From assembly GCA_001600695.1 (NCBI GenBank), contig BCKQ01000015.1, forward strand, positions 1 through 64,000: a stretch of 64,000 nt of DNA. The letters are read 5' to 3'. Shown in pieces: positions 10,773 through 24,500 of the stretch. Every line of letters begins with the position of its first letter. Positions within the stretch are counted from its first letter, which is position 1. The notes beneath the pieces were generated by a model that had not been told where the DNA came from, did not search any database, and was given only the letters and a program-made list of their open reading frames with translations. This DNA comes from Ascoidea asiatica JCM 7603 (taxonomy: Eukaryota > Fungi > Ascomycota). The translations under genes were made by a program, and so were the position numbers.

Positions 10773-12101
10773 TTACTCCATAATACGAGTGACTAAACCA
10801 GTACCAACAGTTCTACCACCTTCACGTAAGTTGAAACGTTGACCAACTTCAACTGCTGTTGGATGTACTAAATCAAAAACCATTTCAACATTATCACCTG
10901 GTAATACTTGTTGAGAATGATCAGCATCTTCAGGGAATGTTAAAACAGCAGTAACATCAGCAGTTCTAATATAAACTTGTGGTCTATAATTTTCAGCAAA
11001 ACCAGTATGTCTACCACCTTCTTCTTTGGTTAAAATATATAAAGAAGCTAAGAATTTAGTATGTGGATTAACAGTACCAGGTTTACAAACAACCATACCT
11101 CTTTTAATTTGATCACGTCTAACACCTCTTAATAAAACACCAGCATTGTCACCAGCCATTGCTTGATCTAATTCTTTTTTAAACATTTCAATACCAGTAA
11201 CAATTGTTTTTAAAGGAACTTTATTATGACCAACAATTTCAATTTCTTCACCTTTTTTTAATTCACCTCTTTCAACACGACCAGTTACAACAGTACCTCT
11301 ACCAGAAATTGAAAAAACATCTTCAACAGGCATTAAAAAAGGTTGTTCTAAATCTCTAACAGGAGTTGGAATATATTCATCAACAGCATCTAATAATTTG
11401 AAAATTGCTTTTTCACCAATTTCAGGTTGTTTACCTTCTAAAGCACATAAAGCACTACCCATAATAATTGGAGCATTATCACCATCAAAACCATATTCAG
11501 TTAATAATTCTCTCATTTCCATTTCAACTAATTCTAACATTTCAGGATCATCAATTGTATCAACTTTATTAACAAAAACAATAATGTATTGAACACCAAC
11601 TTGTCTTGCTAATAATAAATGTTCTCTAGTTTGAGGCATTTGACCATCAGTAGCAGCAACAACAATAATAGCACCATCCATTTGAGAAGCACCAGTAATC
11701 ATATTTTTAATATAATCAGCATGACCAGGAGCATCAACATGAGAATAATGTCTTTTTTCAGTTTCATATTCAACATGAGCAGCAGAAATAGTTATACCTC
11801 TTGCTCTTTCTTCTGGAGCTTTATCAATGGAAGCATAATCTAAAAAATCAGCACCACCTCTCTGTGCAAGACATTTTGTAATTGCAGCAGTTAAAGTTGT
11901 TTTACCATGATCAACATGACCAATAGTACCAACATTTACATGAGGTTTTGTACGATCAAAAGCAGCAGCAAAATTACGATTAAAAGATGAATATATTTTT
12001 TGATTATTATTAGGAAATACTGAAGCTCTTTTAACAAGAGTTGGAACAGTATTACGAACCAAATTACGAACAGTAATAGATAAAGAATTACCGAAAATCA
12101 T
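10773..12101 (-). CDS. TUF1: Mitochondrial elongation factor Tu
   Basis: [37 protein letters not shown] and an N-terminal presequence. Confidence 0.98.
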   Translation of the reverse strand: MIFGNSLSITVRNLVRNTVPTLVKRASVFPNNNQKIYSSFNRNFAAAFDRTKPHVNVGTIGHVDHGKTTLTAAITKCLAQRGGADFLDYASIDKAPEERARGITISAAHVEYETEKRHYSHVDAPGHADYIKNMITGASQMDGAIIVVAATDGQMPQTREHLLLARQVGVQYIIVFVNKVDTIDDPEMLELVEMEMRELLTEYGFDGDNAPIIMGSALCALEGKQPEIGEKAIFKLLDAVDEYIPTPVRDLEQPFLMPVEDVFSISGRGTVVTGRVERGELKKGEEIEIVGHNKVPLKTIVTGIEMFKKELDQAMAGDNAGVLLRGVRRDQIKRGMVVCKPGTVNPHTKFLASLYILTKEEGGRHTGFAENYRPQVYIRTADVTAVLTFPEDADHSQQVLPGDNVEMVFDLVHPTAVEVGQRFNLREGGRTVGTGLVTRIME

Positions 12102-12321
12102 AATGATATGGATATATAAAAAAAGTTAACCTTGATGAAAAACTATTATCGTAATCAAAATAATAACTTTACTTCAGCTAACAGTATTAATATTTTCATT
12201 ATTAATTTCATTTGTTCATTCGTTATTAGAATTTGATTAGAATTTCACCAATTCGATAAATTGAGTAAAATTTCCCCAAGAACACGTGATATGAATTATT
12301 CTGATTCTGGATCTGACATGT

Positions 12322-12392
12322 TTCCAACGCATTTTAAAACGCAGTTCTGGACGCATTTCGAAACGTACTTTCTAACGCATTAATGAAACGGA
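12322..12392. repeat. Degenerate 12-bp tandem array with conserved ACG(C) core in the TUF1/RPS17 divergent promoter
   Basis: ACG cores at 12327, 12339, 12351, 12363, 12375 and 12388. Confidence 0.7.
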
Positions 12393-12581
12393 AATTCATC
12401 ACGTAATAAAATATCACGCTTAATTACACGTGGTATTATCATGTGACGTGGCACCCTCGAACATATTTAAGTGAACTATTTCTTTCTGCATTGTTACCCG
12501 GTGTGCTTACCTTTGACAAGAGATTCAGTGAAGCCGGATCCGAAGGGCATGAAAAGGAGTGCAGCTCAAAAGGCAGCCCGG

Positions 12582-12589
12582 TGTGACTG
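12582..12589. promoter_or_regulatory. Homol-D-like box TGTGACTG upstream of RPS17
   Basis: Exact reverse complement of CAGTCACA, the established fungal ribosomal-protein promoter element. CACGTG boxes lie nearby (12283, 12427). Confidence 0.45.
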
Positions 12590-13091
12590 CTTTTATTCTA
12601 CTTTGCAAAACACATGAAGTGCTCGTAACACTAGTACTTCTTGCAACGTGATCACTCTCCTTATTGTTAGCTGCAGTTGCTAATAGTATTTTCTGCTACC
12701 ACAGACTATGCGCTGCTGGATTGGGACCGGTGTTCTGGCTTCGCAGCAGTACTACTACTACTACTGCTATTATTACTAGCACTGGCACTCGCCCTGGCCC
12801 TGCTACTAACTACTATCGCTTCCAGTACTACTACTGCTATCACTACTACTATTACTATCATTACTATCATTACTACCATTTCTTCTTTTACTGTGCTTCA
12901 CTTCACCACTACGACTCAAGTCCTGAAATTCCACCCAATTTCGACCATAATCTTATTCTATCATCTCTGAACTATTCAATTATTCAAATTAAATATTTAA
13001 TTATATTAACCTATTTTTAATCACAATAACAGTATTTCAAGAATTTATTTAAATATATTATAATATTATTCATCAATACAAATAAATCAAA

Positions 13092-13919
13092 ATGGTAAGT
13101 CAGATATTCTCAATTATTTTAGTAATAATTCAAATATTTCAATCATAGCTTATAACCATTATTTCTTTAATAGTTAATCAAAAAATTTTCAAATTTCAGA
13201 AAACCAGTAAACCTGAATTTTAAATTAATAAAGCATATCAATAAAATGAAATGAAAATGAATAAAATCAGTAGTGAAGTGAAAATTAAAATTAAAATTAA
13301 AATGAAAATGAACTATAAAATGTAAAATGTAGAATCAAATTTAATTTAAAAGAATTTAAAGAATAAAAATAATACATACATATGTAAAATAAATGGTGAA
13401 ATAAAATATAGAATAATAAATCAATACACAGAAGAATGAAGATTGAAATAAAACATTTAAAATAAAGAATTATATTGATTATATACTAACTAACTAAATG
13501 TTTATTTATAGGGTCGTGTTAGAACAAAAACTGTTAAACGTGCTTCAAAAGCTTTAATTGAAAGATATTATCCAAAATTAACTTCTGATTTTGAAGTTAA
13601 TAAAAGATTATGTGATGAAATTGCTGTTATTCCAACAAAACGTCTTAGAAATAAAATTGCTGGTTATACTACCCATTTAATGAAAAGAATTCAAAAAGGT
13701 CCAGTTAGAGGTATTTCTTTCAAATTACAAGAAGAAGAAAGAGAAAGAAAAGATCAATATGTTCCTGAAGTTTCTGCTTTAGATTTATCAAGAAATAATG
13801 GTGTCTTAGATGTTGATCAAGAAACTAATGATTTAATTAAATCCTTAGGCTTAAAATTACCAACTTCTTTAATTCAAATCTCTGCTCAAAGAGTTCACAG
13901 ATACAAAAGAAGAAATTAA
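13092..13919 (+). CDS. RPS17: 40S ribosomal protein eS17; exons 13092-13094 and 13512-13919
   Basis: ATG|GTAAGT, TACTAAC at 13484-13490, TAG at 13509-13511. The spliced product reads [22 protein letters not shown]...[29 protein letters not shown]. Confidence 0.97.
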
Positions 13920-14470
13920 ATTTATAATCAATATATTATCCTACTTTAATCTTATATTATCATTAATAATATACAAATTATCTAATATAAATTAATTGTT
14001 TAATTTAAATTATAACTAATTCAATTATAATCCAATTCCATTACTCTATTGGAATTACTGTAGTTAACCAAGTAGCAGTAACATTATTAACCCTAGCTAT
14101 TTTAGCTGTGTCACGAGACTCGCCTTCTCTTTGCCAGATATATTAAACCAAGTTTAACAAGTTGAAAGAAGGTGAATTAAATCAAAACAACCTCCAGAAA
14201 GGATTTAAAATCTAAATTTAAATAGATTAGAGATAGTGGATTATCTCAACTTATAAATTACATAACTACTAAAGCACAGTATAATGATCATTCTTATCTT
14301 TATTAAGAAATAAAACTATAGAAATACCATGCGAATATACAGTATAGTCTGTTACTAATCGAGAATATCATTTATCTCAAAAGAATATCAATTACTTTCA
14401 ACTTAAATAAAACTTCAATAATACTAAATCAATAATCAATTAAATACAAAAATATACTTTTCAAGTGGAA

Positions 14471-15463
14471 ATGTCTAATATTCATCTATCTCAAATATCC
14501 TATTTAATAGATAACTGTAATACTTTAATAGATGAAACAAAAAAAATAAACTCTCTAGAAATTAATATTATTGATAATCCATTATCAATAAATAATAATA
14601 TATTTGATAATTCAGATTTAATAAATTTAATCAATAAAATTAATTTAAATCTAAAAAATTTTGAAAATAATTTAATTTCAAATATCTTAGATAAAAAATT
14701 CAAAAATTTAAATGATTTAAACTTAATTAATGAACAATTTGATAATAAAATTTTTGATTATAATAATTTAATCAATTCTTTAATTAATGATCAAAATCAA
14801 AATCAAATGAAAAATAATTTAAATTTAAATGACTATTTATTCACAAGAAAAGAATTACCAAAAAATAAAATAACGAAAAAGAAAAGTGTTAGATTTAAAG
14901 ATGATTTAATTGATGATCCTCCAAAAATATTTAATGAACCTTATAAAGATTCACCATCTAATTCTTATCAAGATAATTTTAAAACTGATTTAGAAGCTAA
15001 TTCAAATAATGATAATAATAGAAATAATAGTAATAATAACAATAATATTAATACTAATGAAAGTCGAACGATTGATAAAATAAACAATACTTTAGATATA
15101 GAATCAATTGATGAATCAAATTCATTGAATCAAAATCAAAATGAAAATCCATTTGATCAATTTTCAAATCCAGAAATTTTTGTTCAGCATCAACAATTAC
15201 TAAATTCTCAAGATGATCACTTAAATGATTTAAGTAAAAGTGTTTCAAGACAAAAAAATCTATCATTAACAATAAATGATGAAATTGATAATCAATTAAT
15301 AATTTTAAATGACTTAGAAAATAATATTGATAATTCAAATAATAATTTAAGAAAAGGTCAAAATATTTTAAAAAAAATTCAGAAAAAAATGAAAGAAAAT
15401 TCTCAATGGTTTTTAATATTATGTTTATCAATCATACTTTTATTATTATTAGTTATTTTATAG
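14471..15463 (+). CDS. SYN8: Endosomal Qc-SNARE Syn8-like
   Basis: KKSVRF motif, SNARE coil QDDHLNDLSKSVSRQKNLSLTINDEIDNQ, and a C-terminal TM anchor. Confidence 0.8.
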   Translation: MSNIHLSQISYLIDNCNTLIDETKKINSLEINIIDNPLSINNNIFDNSDLINLINKINLNLKNFENNLISNILDKKFKNLNDLNLINEQFDNKIFDYNNLINSLINDQNQNQMKNNLNLNDYLFTRKELPKNKITKKKSVRFKDDLIDDPPKIFNEPYKDSPSNSYQDNFKTDLEANSNNDNNRNNSNNNNNINTNESRTIDKINNTLDIESIDESNSLNQNQNENPFDQFSNPEIFVQHQQLLNSQDDHLNDLSKSVSRQKNLSLTINDEIDNQLIILNDLENNIDNSNNNLRKGQNILKKIQKKMKENSQWFLILCLSIILLLLLVIL

Positions 15464-15591
15464 TTATTCATACTCATTCTCGTACTCATAGTCAATTTTC
15501 TAATCAAAATCATATTAGGGTCATAGTCATAGTCATTTTATTAGTTTTATTAAACCTAATTCAATATATAAAATTAGTTTCATACTTTGTA

Positions 15592-16992
15592 TTATATTTG
15601 AAAGAACTTTTTACATTTTTCATAAACAAAAAAAGAACATGCAACCATTGGTGTAACTTTTAAACAACCGATTGATAATCCAACATAAAATCCTTTAAGG
15701 CCTCTTTCTAAATAAATCAATTTAATTGTATTTTTTAAAGTTAAAAATTCACCGTTACCATTTACACCACCAACTTGCATTCTTCTTCTAATAACTTCAA
15801 ATGGATATGCAGAAGTTTGTGATATTAAACCTGCTAAAGCACCTGATAAAATCTGAGCCCAATTTCTTAATGGTTCTCTTTCATAATGAGAATATATAGT
15901 TGAAGCTTCAATATTTATTTCACTATGATTATTTGTATCTGAATTTGTATTTGAATTTATAGAAAATCTTTGATTAAGCTGTATTCTATTTATTAAATTA
16001 TTATTATTGTTATTATTATTATCTGTGATATTATTTGAATCTGTCAGTATTGGATTTATTATTGGATTAAATTGAACAGAATATTTTCTTAATAATGAAG
16101 TTCTAAAAATATCATGACAAGAATCATAAACCCAAAATGAAACACCAGCATATGGAATCATTCCTAAAATAGTTGGTATAAAACCTCTATAAAAATTAGA
16201 TAAACATAATAAATTTGAAGGTAAAATTTTATAAATTGAATTTAATAATAAATTTGAATTTTTAGTATTTGAATTTAATGGAGGATTTTCATTTATAATT
16301 TCTTTAATTGTTTTTAATAATCTACCATTTGAGAATTTTATTCTTTTTTTTTGATTATTTAAATTAATTGAATTATTGATTTTATTTAAAGTATTAGTTG
16401 AATGTAAAGAAAAATTATTATTTGTTTGAAAAGCTAATCTAACTCTTAAAAGATCTAAAGGATAAGTAGCAAAAACACTAATCATACCACCTAAAGAACC
16501 AGATAAAAATCTTCTAAGATTTGATTCATATAAATCATTTGGTATTAAAATATTTCTAATTTGTTCATAACAAATAAATTTTATACCAGCATATGGAAAA
16601 ATTCTTAAAATTGTTGCAGAATGACCTTGAAAAAAACCAAAAATTCCATCATTAATATAAACTTTTTGTGAAGCATTAAATAAACCCAAAAATGAACCAG
16701 AATATTGTTTATAATATGGATTTGAAGTTTGAAATAAAATTTTAATTCTATCTAAAGGTGCAATTAAAGATTTAGCAAAAATTCCTGCAATTCCACCGGA
16801 TAAACCAGTTTTTAAGATATAATTTAAAGAGATTTTATCATTTTTATGATGTTGAAAATTATGTTTTTTTTTACTTTTATCAATTATTGAATTATTAATC
16901 ATTATTGAATTATCATTCATGATTAAATTTGAGTTTAAATTTGATTGATTTTGAGTTAATATTATTTGGATATTATTATTTATATTTGGCAT
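15592..16992 (-). CDS. LEU5: Mitochondrial coenzyme A carrier
   Basis: Three carrier repeats (APLDRIKILFQT, YPLDLLRVRLA, YPFEVIRRRMQV) and the Leu5-typical QGHSATILRIFPYAGIKF. Confidence 0.92.
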   Translation of the reverse strand: MPNINNNIQIILTQNQSNLNSNLIMNDNSIMINNSIIDKSKKKHNFQHHKNDKISLNYILKTGLSGGIAGIFAKSLIAPLDRIKILFQTSNPYYKQYSGSFLGLFNASQKVYINDGIFGFFQGHSATILRIFPYAGIKFICYEQIRNILIPNDLYESNLRRFLSGSLGGMISVFATYPLDLLRVRLAFQTNNNFSLHSTNTLNKINNSINLNNQKKRIKFSNGRLLKTIKEIINENPPLNSNTKNSNLLLNSIYKILPSNLLCLSNFYRGFIPTILGMIPYAGVSFWVYDSCHDIFRTSLLRKYSVQFNPIINPILTDSNNITDNNNNNNNNLINRIQLNQRFSINSNTNSDTNNHSEINIEASTIYSHYEREPLRNWAQILSGALAGLISQTSAYPFEVIRRRMQVGGVNGNGEFLTLKNTIKLIYLERGLKGFYVGLSIGCLKVTPMVACSFFVYEKCKKFFQI

Positions 16993-18765
16993 TATATTTT
17001 ATAAAAAATTTTGTTTTTTTGATGAATATTTACTTTGAAAACAAAAAAAAGATCAAAAAAAAACTGAAAAGATAAAAAATAGAATGATAAAAAATGACAA
17101 AAAATGACAAAAAATGATAAAAAAGGAAAGAATATGAAAGCAAATGAAAGGGAAAAGAAGAGAAGAGAAAGAAAGAGGATAGGAAACAAATACAATTAAA
17201 ATAAATAAATATTTGATTTATAATTATAATTTATAATTTATAATAATACTTATGGACTCTATGCAGTAATATATATATATAGTATATATTGATAATCAAA
17301 AGACTTTTGAGTTCAATTTAAGGACTAAAATATGCAGGAGATTAGTCTTTATTTTAATTTAATTAATGTTGATAATAAATAATATTGAGTAAATTTTATA
17401 AGAAAATGATTGAACCAACCATAATGAAAATAATAATTTTTGAAATAGAATTATCAATTTATTGATTTTAAAACTCTCAAATGTTTAAAATTGATGAGCG
17501 GAAACAAATGGGTTTTTGGAGATGATTTTAAAAGAAATTCTGAGCAATATATTATCTGAGCTATATATTATGTTATATTTGTATTATTATAGTATATTTT
17601 ATATTGTATTTTATAATATCTCCATGTAAGATATATTTGATGATTGATTTTCTAATATAATTTATATCTAAATAACAAATTAAATTCCAAATCAAATATC
17701 GCTTTATTTCGATATGGTTGGATTGGGATTGGGATGGTGATCTGATCGGTGCTGGTAAAAGGTTTGTGTGACTTTTGCCAGTGTTTTTTTTCTACAGCGA
17801 GAACAGCAACAGCAACTGCAACTGCAACGGCAGAAGGAGCACGAGCACGAACAGCTGTCGGTGGAAAGGCCCAAGGGAAGTACACCCGCCACACAAACAC
17901 ATGACAGGAAATACAAAGCTGGTCGGGGCTGGTGTAGCATGTGAATCTATTTGAAGCTCATTCCACTTCTTCAGGTTTGCGGGCCACAGAGCCATTCCTC
18001 TGTGGTGTCTACACTTGTGTCCTATCAAAATGAATTGTATTAGCAGGACCGCACTTGCCCCACTCTGCTAACGCAATTATTCCGCAATTGCGGTTCCATT
18101 GCAGGCTGTGGCGCTGCCTCGGTTGCGTTTCGGATGCTGTCCTCCAGCACTGAAGTGGCGGCGATATGGCTTTCACATGGGGCTGATGTGGATAAAGCAG
18201 ATTTTTTTGCGGACTGGTTCAAGCCACAGTTTCTAACTAATGGCTTGCCACGTAATGGCTGATATGTCCGAAATAGAAGGGTGTCTTTAGAGAAAAACCC
18301 ATTTTTAAAATAGATTTAGGAGGGGTGACCATTGTTGGACCCTTTTTTAGTTTTTATTAAAATAAATGAAATAAGTATCAGGTTTTAAAATAAGGAATAA
18401 AAAAGTAAAAAGCTTAAAAACGTAAATAAAAATTAAAATTAAAAAAAAAAAGAAAACAAGTAACTTTAGAAATGTACTTGGATAAAATAAGTGTTAAATA
18501 TAAGTAATTAATAAACAAGTAATAAACAAACAAAAAAACTAATAAATAATTAATAAAATTAGTGAAAAAATAACTAAAAAAATACTATAATAATCATAAT
18601 ATTGATTATTTTAGATCATATAAAAAATTTAATATTATAATAAAAGCTACTTCAAAAATATAGCAAAGAATTAAAGAATAAATTGTTTCTTTTTTTTTTT
18701 TTTTTTGGATTTTATGTAGTACAATAAGTAAGATAAATAAATTTTAACTAAACTATTATTTTAAT

Positions 18766-20565
18766 TTAAAATGCATTTCTTTTTGTTAACATATCAAATC
18801 TTGAATATGTATATCCAATGAATGGTAACTCATCTTTAATATCATTTTTACCTTGTTTCATTAAATTATCTCTTCTTTGTGCTGCTTGTGTTAAATATGG
18901 TGAATCTGGTACATTTTCTAAATCATCTGTAGGGAAAAATCTTGTATCTGTAATTGATGATAATTTTGGTATAAACGGTGCTTTAATTTGTCTAATTGTT
19001 TTCCAATTAACTCCTCTGAAAAATGGATGAGATTTAATTTCATTTGCTCCACCATTTGTACCTAATCTTAAATCTGCTGATGTTAATAATTTAAATATTA
19101 AATCTTCTGCTTCTGGTGATAAATGAACATGATCTGGTATCATTAATGTATCTTTCCAATGTAAAATTTTTCTATATGTATCATGAGGTGATCCTGAACA
19201 AAATGGTGGCCATCCAACTAAACATTCATACATAATTGCTCCCAATGACCACCAATCACATTCTTGTCCATAACCTTCATGAATGAAAATTTCTGGTGCA
19301 ATATAATCTGGTGTACCAACTGTTGAATATGCCATTAATCTTCTTGATTTTCTCCATGTTTGCATTTGTTCTTTCATTGTTAAATGAATAGCATCTACCA
19401 TAACTGAATTTCTACCCCCGGTTGAAGTATTTATTGGTATATTACTATTATTATTATTATTATTATTATTACTATTCTGTTTATCATTTATATTATTACT
19501 TATATTTATACTATTATTATTATTATTATTTGAATCTGAATTTATTGATGAATTACCACCTAATAATTTTTTATAATAATTTGAATCATGAGTTTTATGA
19601 AAACCAGTTGCTAAACCAAAATCAGATAATTTTATATGACCTTTAATATCAATTAAAATATTATCAGGTTTAATATCTCTATGAATATAACCAGATTTAT
19701 GAATAACTTCAATTGCTAAAACACATTCAGCCATATAAAATCTAGTAATATCTTCAGTAAATGTATCCCATCTAATTAACATTGTCATTAAATCACCACC
19801 AGGTAAAAATTCCATTATAAGATAAAGATATTGAACATCTTGAAAAGAATAAATTAAAGAAACAATCCATTCAGAATCTGTACCTGCAAGTACATCTCTT
19901 TCAGCTTTAACATGAGCTAATTGATCTTTTTTATTCATTTCAGATTTTAATAAAGTTTTCATTGCATAAATTTTTCCAGTATCAATTTTTTGAACTAATC
20001 TAACTTCACCAAAAGCACCTTTACCGATAACTTTAATAGTTCTAAAATCAATCAAAGATAATTTTGTTCTTCTTAATCTAATATAATTTGATTCTTTTGA
20101 TTTTAATAATAATTTTTCTCTATTTTTTTTTTCAATTGAAATTGAATTTGATTCATTATTTAAATCATTTTCTAAACTGATTTTACGTTTATTTCTTTCA
20201 ATTGCATGTTGAACAGATTTTTTATAATAATCTTCAATTTTTAATTTAATTGCAGCTGATTTTTCAATAGTATTTTTTGGAAAAATATCTAATCTTCTAT
20301 CAAAATATACATATTTATTATTATTTTCATTATTATTATTATTATTATTATTATTGATGTTATTTGAAGAGGAAGAAGAAGAATTTATTGAATTATTCAG
20401 ATTGCTTATTTGGTCACCACTATTATAACTAGTATGATTACTATGTAAACTACTTGAACCTAGAGAAGCATTTTTAATAGTATTTGCAGCTAGATTCGAA
20501 TGGGAATATATGTTACTATTATTACTATTACTATTACTATTATTATAATTATAATTGTTACTCAT
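18766..20565 (-). CDS. CBK1: NDR/LATS-family kinase of the RAM network
   Basis: [37 protein letters not shown] and the hydrophobic motif FIGYTY. Confidence 0.96.
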   Translation of the reverse strand: MSNNYNYNNSNSNSNNSNIYSHSNLAANTIKNASLGSSSLHSNHTSYNSGDQISNLNNSINSSSSSSNNINNNNNNNNNENNNKYVYFDRRLDIFPKNTIEKSAAIKLKIEDYYKKSVQHAIERNKRKISLENDLNNESNSISIEKKNREKLLLKSKESNYIRLRRTKLSLIDFRTIKVIGKGAFGEVRLVQKIDTGKIYAMKTLLKSEMNKKDQLAHVKAERDVLAGTDSEWIVSLIYSFQDVQYLYLIMEFLPGGDLMTMLIRWDTFTEDITRFYMAECVLAIEVIHKSGYIHRDIKPDNILIDIKGHIKLSDFGLATGFHKTHDSNYYKKLLGGNSSINSDSNNNNNNSINISNNINDKQNSNNNNNNNNSNIPINTSTGGRNSVMVDAIHLTMKEQMQTWRKSRRLMAYSTVGTPDYIAPEIFIHEGYGQECDWWSLGAIMYECLVGWPPFCSGSPHDTYRKILHWKDTLMIPDHVHLSPEAEDLIFKLLTSADLRLGTNGGANEIKSHPFFRGVNWKTIRQIKAPFIPKLSSITDTRFFPTDDLENVPDSPYLTQAAQRRDNLMKQGKNDIKDELPFIGYTYSRFDMLTKRNAF

Positions 20566-21233
20566 TTGAAATAACAGAAAAAAAATTAGGAATTAAGATA
20601 TTTGGATATTTAGAAATTTAGATTGCTACAGATTTAAAATCTTACAGATTATGAGGTTGAGGAATTGAATACTTAGTCGAGTTTGAAGAAAAGTGATGTT
20701 GAATTCTAATTTGAATTCCAATTTGAATTCCAATTTGAATTTAAATTTGAATTGAGGTGAATTGAAATAAAAAGAACAATAAATAATGTAATGATATATT
20801 TATTTTGAATTTAATTTGAAATAAACTTGAAATGATCATAATATAAATTCCAAATAACAATGAAATAATAGTGAATTAAGTGAAGTATTATTTAAAAAGA
20901 TAAGTCAGAATTGGAAATGTGTTTGGAAGCGCGGTTCGTAGCCAACAAGGAACGGTCCGGATTACGTAATAACTATTTCGACTGGTCACAAGACAAACTT
21001 TAGTTTCGGCATATACTTAATGGTTTCCAAGGCAGTCGGAATATTTTCAAATACCCTCGAGTTAAATGATTAGCATACAATAGGTCACCTAATTTTAACC
21101 AAAAACGGCTGGTGTTCCTATAATGGAAAATTATGGCTTTTCCAGTGGACGGTTGTGGCTGGTTGTGGCTAATCATGGAAACTGGTTTTAAAACCGCGTC
21201 CGTTGCCGTGCCCGTGCTGTGCGTCCGTGGCAT

Positions 21234-21300
21234 TTGAGTTTTGAATCTTGGATTTTGGAGTTTGAATTTTGAATTTTGAATTTTGAATTTTGAATTTTGT
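21234..21300. repeat. Degenerate 7-bp tandem repeat (TTGAATT)n in the CBK1/SET2 divergent promoter
   Basis: About 10 units, 5 of them perfect. Confidence 0.8.
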
Positions 21301-21573
21301 ACTGCAAAGCGAGTTTTTACTCTTTTGCCCGGTAATTTACTACTGTGCTACTACTGTTCTAGTACTGTACTGTTTTGATTTTCATTGTTATTATTTATTA
21401 ATATTATTTAGCATTTATTATTTATTATTTATTATTATTTACTATTCGTTATTTATTATTTATTATTTATTTTCAATTTTATGAGTATTCTTCACTGGAT
21501 AATGTATAATAAATAAAATAAATAATAATAATCAACATAGATAAAATAATCAATTATATACCATTTATTCAAA

Positions 21574-24500
21574 ATGGATCTAAAAAATAAACCTATTCAT
21601 TTTAATGAAATTGTTGAAGTTGATGATAATGATGAATTTGATGATTTACAAGAATTAGAAAATTTTTACTCAGACAATAATAATAATAATATTATCAAAC
21701 AGGATTCATCTGTTACTAATATAAATTCAAAAATAAATTCAAATATAGATATAAATATAAGTATAAATAATGATAATTATAAAGACAATGATGATAAAAA
21801 CATTCATAATAATATAGATAGTGATTTTGATAATAATATACATAATGATAATCACAATCAGATAATTACAAATGAAAATTCAAATGAAAATTTAAAAGAA
21901 AATAAAGATGAAAATGCTGAAAGTAAATATCAATTCTTTTTAGATTATGAAGATAAAACTCAAGAAGCTTTAAAAACTTTTTCAACTTTAAAACAATCAA
22001 CTTATATAAATAAAACTATTGGTAATTCAAATCAAGAAGAAATGACTTGTGATTGTAAAAGAGATTATGATCCAATTTTAAAAATCAATAAAGCTTGTAA
22101 TGATGATAGCGATTGTATAAATAGATTAACTTTTGTTGAATGTACAAATAATACTTGTTTACATTGTGGTGAAGATTGTTCAAATCAAAGATTTCAAAAA
22201 AATCAATATTCCAAAATTTCAATTATTAAAACTTTGAAAAAAGGTTATGGAGTAAGAAGCGAACAAATTATTAATCAAAATCAATTTATTTATGAATATA
22301 TTGGTGAAGTTATAGATTTAAAAGTTTTTCAAGAAAGAACAATAGAATATGATAAATTAAATTTTAAACATTTTTATTTTATGATGTTACAAAAAAATCA
22401 ATTTATTGATGCTACAATCAAAGGTTCTTTAGCAAGATTTATTAATCATTCTTGTAATCCAAATGCTTATGTAGATAAATGGATTGTTGGTGATAAATTA
22501 AGAATGGGAATTTTTGCCAAAAGAAAAATTTTAAAAGGTGAAGAAATTACTTTCGATTATAATGTGGATAGATATGGTGCTGAACCACAACCTTGTTATT
22601 GTAATGAATCAAATTGTCAAGGCTTTATGGGTGGTAAAACTCAAACAAATTCAATTAATTTCTTACCAAATTTATTTTTAGAAGCTTTAGGTATATCTCA
22701 GTCACATCAAATAGCTTGGTTCAAAAATATGAAACATAAAGGTTTCTCCGAACTAACTAATGATGATTATTTGTATTCTTTGAATTATATTGAAGATAAA
22801 GATAAAGATGAAGATGTAGATGAAAATATAAGCACAGATACAGATGAAGTTAATGATAATGATAACAATAAAACCAAAGATGAAAGTAAAAACATCGATG
22901 ATCTAGATAAATATGATGTTAATAAAATATTAACTGCTTTACTTCAATCAAATAATCCTTTACTTTCTTTAAGATTATTACAAAGATTAACTTTAATTAA
23001 AAATGAATCATTAAAATTCGATATAATAAGATTTCATGGTTATAAAATTCTTAAAAGTATTTTATTAAAATTTTATTTAAATAATGATTCTGATAATTCA
23101 CCAAATGGTAATCAAAGTCCAATTGAATTACACACAGTTGAAAAACTGCCAATTGAAAATGATGAAGAAAAAGTCAAAATAAATAAGAAACTTGTAAATA
23201 AAAGTAAATTCTCATTTAAAAATGAAATTGCAAAATTTACTTTAATAAATTTAAAATATCTACCAACTATAACAAGAAATAAAATTGAAAGTACAAAAAT
23301 TGAGCAGATTATAGAACAAGTTATTGAGGAAACTAACAATATTAATGATAATAATAATAATAATAACAATAGTAATAATAATGAGAAAGATCTTGAAGAA
23401 GATCTTGAAAAAGATTCAGTTTTTATTAAAGATGTCCAAAAATTATCAATCAAATTACTAGAATCTTGGAATAAACTAACAATGGGTTATAGAATTCAAA
23501 AAAATGATAATAATAATAACAATAATTATAGTAATAACACTACAAATAAAGAGAAGGATAAGGATAATAATTTAACCTTATTCAATAGTTTTGATAAGAC
23601 AGTTCATGATAATGTTAGATTACCAGAAAATTGGGAATGGAAAAACGTTTATGATAAAACTAATAAAACTTCAAAAATTATATTTTTCAATACTTTAACA
23701 GGGCAAGAATTGGATAAAAGACCTGATTTAGAAAAATATAATAAAATAATTGAAACTAGAAAAAATAATGACAATGATCATTTCATTAGAATAAAAAAAG
23801 AAAAAGAAAGAAGAAAAATGAGAATATATGAAGAAAATCAGAGAAAAAAACAATTACAATTGGAAGAATTGAATGAAAAGAAATTGAGAGAACAAAGAGA
23901 ACTGGATGAAAAACGTAAAAGGGATGAAGAAACTTTAAAAAATATTATAAAAAAGGCTGAAGAAATAAGTAAACAAAAAGCAATAGAAGAAAAACTAGAA
24001 AAAGAAGAACAAATGAAAAAAGAGCAAGCTGAAATCGCAGCCTTAAAAAGAAAAAGCAAAAGCTCATCGAATGGGAAATATGATTCGAAAAAATCAAAAC
24101 AAAATAGACATCAATATCATCATAGTACTAAAAATCCAGTTGAATATAAATGGAAAAATCTTTTTGCGAAATACGTTCCAAATATGGTTGGAAAGCATGA
24201 ACATGCAATTGGTTATGATAATGTAAAAAAATGTGCCAAAGAAATTGTTGAAGTTTTAACTGCTAAAGAACTAAAAAGAAGTAAAGATATAAAGGATCCA
24301 GTTCCCGATAGCTTAAATGAGCAAAAAAGGAGAAATGTGAAATATTTCACGAAAAACTATATGAATAGTTTTCTTTTAAAGTATGATAAAACACATAGTA
24401 ATAAAGATTCTATTGATAATAAGAGTAGGTATAAAGATATATCTAATGGAAATGGAAATGAAAACAAATCTCAAAATGGGCATTCAGCTGCTAATGGAAA

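Noticed and set aside
12664-13020. ORFs 12664-13020 and 12677-12970
   Set aside because: Non-ATG starts and translations of (ACT/ATT)n repeats in the RPS17 promoter.
20933-20943. GGTTCGTAGCC, resembling a tRNA B-box
   Set aside because: It mismatches the consensus, and there is no A-box or cloverleaf.
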